NCBI GenBank assembly: GCA_016302935.1 | Contig: JAEDMO010000001.1 | Coordinates: forward strand, 141 to 64,140 | Length of the DNA: 64,000 bases | Direction of reading: 5' to 3' | DNA from: Bacilli bacterium | GTDB taxonomy: Bacteria; Bacillota_I; Bacilli_A; RF39; UBA660 | Shown here: piece after piece, positions 58,047-64,000 of the stretch | Numbering within the stretch: position 1 is the stretch's first letter | How the letters are laid out: every line of letters begins with the position of its first letter | The notes under the pieces: model-generated | Told to the model about the DNA's origin: nothing | Seen by the model: only the letters and a program-made list of their open reading frames with translations | Databases searched by the model: none | Program-made: the position numbers and the translations under genes

Positions 58047-58511
58047 ATGAATAATTCTTATATAATTAATAAAAACACTTTATTAATTAAGTCAACTATT
58101 GATAAAAAAGGTGTAGTAATATTTGATGATAAAAAAACTATCAATTTAGACATTATTTTACACAAATTTATTAATGATTGTTGCAAATATTATGGTAATT
58201 CATATAAAGGAAAATTTGAAAGTAGTAAAATATATTTAAACAAGAATATAAAGTTACCTATTATTATAAGTGAAAATTACGAATTAATTATTTTTCCTAC
58301 TAATTCAATTAGAAATCCTAATTGTATATGGATTGTTTATAATAATATAGATAATATCAAAAAATTGGATAATAAAAATACGATTATTATTTTTAAAAAT
58401 GGTATTGAATTTTGTGTTAATTGTTCTTATAATGTTATAAATAACCAGATTAATAATTGTGCGAGATTAAAGTGTGTTTTAATTGAGAGAAAAAGAGCGC
58501 TTAATGTGTAA
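58047..58511 (+). CDS. ComK-family competence transcription factor-like protein
   Basis: CKYYGNSYKGKFESSKIYLNKNIKLPIIISENYELIIFPTNSIRNPNCIWIVYNNI aligns with B. subtilis ComK CRFFGSSYAGRKAGTYEVTKISHKPPIMVDPSNQIFLFPTLSSTRPQCGWISHVHV. Start placed at the ATG at 58047, 5-6 nt after a GGAAGGAGGT RBS; the track ORF starts 23 codons earlier. Confidence 0.6.
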   Translation: MNNSYIINKNTLLIKSTIDKKGVVIFDDKKTINLDIILHKFINDCCKYYGNSYKGKFESSKIYLNKNIKLPIIISENYELIIFPTNSIRNPNCIWIVYNNIDNIKKLDNKNTIIIFKNGIEFCVNCSYNVINNQINNCARLKCVLIERKRALNV

Positions 58512-58627
58512 AAAATAGTGCTTTTTTCTTTTTTTTTGACGAAAAATATGATATAATTTTAGTAGTTATATAGAGGAGTATTTGTGTATTAAAAAGGTGA
58601 TTATATGAGCTATAAATTAGGTTTTAA

Positions 58628-61661
<3,034 letters not shown>

Positions 61662-61670
61662 GAGGAATTT

Positions 61671-64000
61671 ATGGATAAATTTGAACAAAGAGATATAGTA
61701 AGTGAGGTAAAGAAATCATTTATAGAATATTCAATGAGTGTTATTATATCAAGAGCTTTACCTGATTTAAGAGATGGTTTAAAACCGGTTCATAGACGTA
61801 TTTTATACACTATGTACGAAGATGGTTTAACACCTGATAAGCCTTTTAGGAAAAGTGCTACTACAGTAGGTGCTGTTTTAGGACGTTACCATCCACATGG
61901 TGATACATCTGTATATGATGCTATGGTTCGTATGGCACAAGTTTTTAGTTATCGCTATGTTTTAGTTGATGGTCATGGAAATTTTGGGTCAATAGATGGT
62001 GATGGAGCAGCAGCTTATCGTTATACTGAGGCAAGGCTTTCAAAAATATCCTTAGAATTATTACGTGATATTAATAAAGATACGGTTGATTTTTTGGATA
62101 ATTTTGATAGTACAAGAAAAGAACCTAAAATTTTGCCTAGTAGATTTCCTAATATATTGGTTAGTGGAACGATGGGAATTGCAGTTGGTATGGCTACTAA
62201 TATTCCTCCTCATAATTTAGGTGAAGTAATCGATGGTTGTGTTGCGTATATCGATAATCCGGATATAACAATTGATGAATTAATGAAATATATAAAAGGT
62301 CCTGATTTTCCTACTGGTGCTACTATTTTGGGAAATAGCGGTATTAAAAAGGCTTATGAAACGGGTCGGGGAACAATAACAATTAGAAGTAAGGTTGATA
62401 TTGTTGAAAACAATGGTAAGAATCAAATAGTAATCACTGAATTACCTTATCAAGTAAATAAATTGGAATTACAAAAGAGAATTGGGGAATTGGTACGTGA
62501 TAAAATTATTGATGGGATTGCTGATTTACATGATGAAAGTAACGTTCAAAATGGCGTAAAAGTAGTAATAACTTTGAAAAAGGATGCTAACGCTAACGTT
62601 GTTTTAAATAATTTGTACAAGCATACTCAATTACAGACAAATTTTGGTATTATTTTTCTAATGATAGATGAAATGGAACCTAAAATACTAAATTTAAAAG
62701 AAATAATTGCTAAGTACATTAATTATCAACAAGTTATAATTGTAAGAAGAACTAAATTTGAGTTAGAAAAATCAGAAAAAAGAGTTCATATATTAGAAGG
62801 TTTAAAAATAGCTCTTGATAATATTGATGATGTTATTAAGATAATTAAATCTTCAAAAAGTGATGAAATTGCAAAAGCACAACTTTCTTCCAAATATGGT
62901 TTGGATGAAGTGCAATCTGACGCTATATTAGAAATGAAATTACGTCGTTTGACTGGATTAGAAAGAGATAAAATAGAAAATGAATTAGCTGAATTACTTA
63001 AATTAATTCAAGAGTTAAAAGAAATTTTGGCTAGTGGTGAACGAATATTGAATATTATTAAAACAGAGTTATTAGAAATTAAAGAAAGATATTCTGACGA
63101 AAGAAGAACATCAATTGATATGACCGCTATCGAATATATAGAAGACGAATCGTTAATACCTGTGGAAAACTGTGTTATAACTTTAACACAAAAAGGTTAT
63201 ATAAAGAGAATGCTTTCATCAGTGTATAAAATTCAAAATCGTGGTGGTGTTGGGATTAAAGGGATGACTACCAATGAAGAAGATTATGTGGAAAACATTA
63301 TTAATGTAGTTTCTCATGATTATGTGTTATTTTTTACAAATTATGGAAAAGTTTATCGTATGAAAGGTTATGAAATACCTGAATATAGTAGGCAATCAAA
63401 AGGATTACCAATTATAAATTTATTAGGACTCGATAAAGGTGAATTTGTACAAGCGCTTTTGAAGATAAGTAATGAAGAAGAATATAAATATTTAGTAGCG
63501 GCTACCAAAAAAGGAATTGTTAAAAGACTAGATATCTCAGATTTTGATAGTATTAGATCTAATGGTAAGAAGTTTATTACTTTAAATGATGACGATGAAA
63601 TAGTATCAGTTAAGAAAACTTTTGGTAATAATGATATTTTAATAGCTTCATCTTCTGGTAAAATGATTAGATTTAATGAAACAGATGTTCGTGTTATGGG
63701 AAGAAGTGCTTTTGGTGTAAAAGGTATAGATTTATCTGACGACTCAATAGTAGTTGGTATGGAAATAGCTGAAGATGATCAAATGGTGTTGGTTGTAACT
63801 GAAAACGGATATGGTAAAAAAACAAATATCAGCGAGTATAGAATTACCAAAAGGGGAGGAAAAGGCGTAAAATCATTAAATATAACTGAGAAAAATGGAA
63901 AAATTATTGCATTTAAAACAGTTATGGATGGGTATGATTTAATGCTTATTACAAACGAAGGTATTGTTATTAGATTAGATGCTGATAAATTACCAAATCT
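61671..64000 (+). CDS. gyrA: DNA gyrase subunit A (5' portion; continues beyond the window)
   Basis: GGAGG RBS, then ATG at 61671. The frame stays open to the window end, so it is absent from the ORF track. Translation begins [32 protein letters not shown], typical of GyrA, and the active-site region appears in the same frame further on. Confidence 0.9.
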   Translation, partial: MDKFEQRDIVSEVKKSFIEYSMSVIISRALPDLRDGLKPVHRRILYTMYEDGLTPDKPFRKSATTVGAVLGRYHPHGDTSVYDAMVRMAQVFSYRYVLVDGHGNFGSIDGDGAAAYRYTEARLSKISLELLRDINKDTVDFLDNFDSTRKEPKILPSRFPNILVSGTMGIAVGMATNIPPHNLGEVIDGCVAYIDNPDITIDELMKYIKGPDFPTGATILGNSGIKKAYETGRGTITIRSKVDIVENNGKNQIVITELPYQVNKLELQKRIGELVRDKIIDGIADLHDESNVQNGVKVVITLKKDANANVVLNNLYKHTQLQTNFGIIFLMIDEMEPKILNLKEIIAKYINYQQVIIVRRTKFELEKSEKRVHILEGLKIALDNIDDVIKIIKSSKSDEIAKAQLSSKYGLDEVQSDAILEMKLRRLTGLERDKIENELAELLKLIQELKEILASGERILNIIKTELLEIKERYSDERRTSIDMTAIEYIEDESLIPVENCVITLTQKGYIKRMLSSVYKIQNRGGVGIKGMTTNEEDYVENIINVVSHDYVLFFTNYGKVYRMKGYEIPEYSRQSKGLPIINLLGLDKGEFVQALLKISNEEEYKYLVAATKKGIVKRLDISDFDSIRSNGKKFITLNDDDEIVSVKKTFGNNDILIASSSGKMIRFNETDVRVMGRSAFGVKGIDLSDDSIVVGMEIAEDDQMVLVVTENGYGKKTNISEYRITKRGGKGVKSLNITEKNGKIIAFKTVMDGYDLMLITNEGIVIRLDADKLPN

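Overview
This window is AT-rich (my estimate, under 30% GC) chromosomal DNA from a low-GC Firmicutes-type bacterium and spans the replication-origin neighbourhood. The right third (about 45.9-64 kb, all on the + strand) carries the classic origin gene set: rpmH, rnpA, yidC, jag, an inserted 439-aa ORF, mnmE, mnmG, rsmG, a ParB-like gene, dnaA, dnaN, a ComK-like ORF, recF, gyrB and gyrA (truncated at the window end). TTATCCACA DnaA-box clusters flank dnaA, so oriC is bipartite. The left 45 kb is almost entirely on the - strand and mixes housekeeping genes with sporulation genes and three accessory loci. Housekeeping calls include rpsF-ssb-rpsR, ychF, mreB, rpiB, rpmE, murA, fba, prfA, prmC, argS and a class A PBP. 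Sporulation calls include spoIIID, spoIID, spoIIR and a SpoIIQ-like degenerate M23 protein, in Bacillus-like synteny. The three accessory loci are: (i) a surface-modification cluster (UDP-GlcNAc 2-epimerase, phosphodiester glycosidase, an unknown tandem-domain protein, DUF4956, a VTC domain and a CotH kinase with lamin-tail domains); (ii) a compact type VIIb secretion locus (EssC FtsK-like ATPase, YukD/EsaB ubiquitin-like protein and a WXG100-like protein, each with its own consensus promoter), followed by candidate substrate/adaptor genes and two large candidate effectors, one with a complete M14 zinc-carboxypeptidase domain and one with a glycine-zipper hydrophobic core plus a C-terminal HExxH motif; (iii) a three-gene operon encoding a DUF1538-type tandem membrane protein, a tandem PII-like protein and a HerA/FtsK-like ATPase. 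I saw no tRNA or rRNA genes, CRISPR arrays or transposases. All calls rest on motif-level reading of the supplied translations and the raw sequence; no searches were run.
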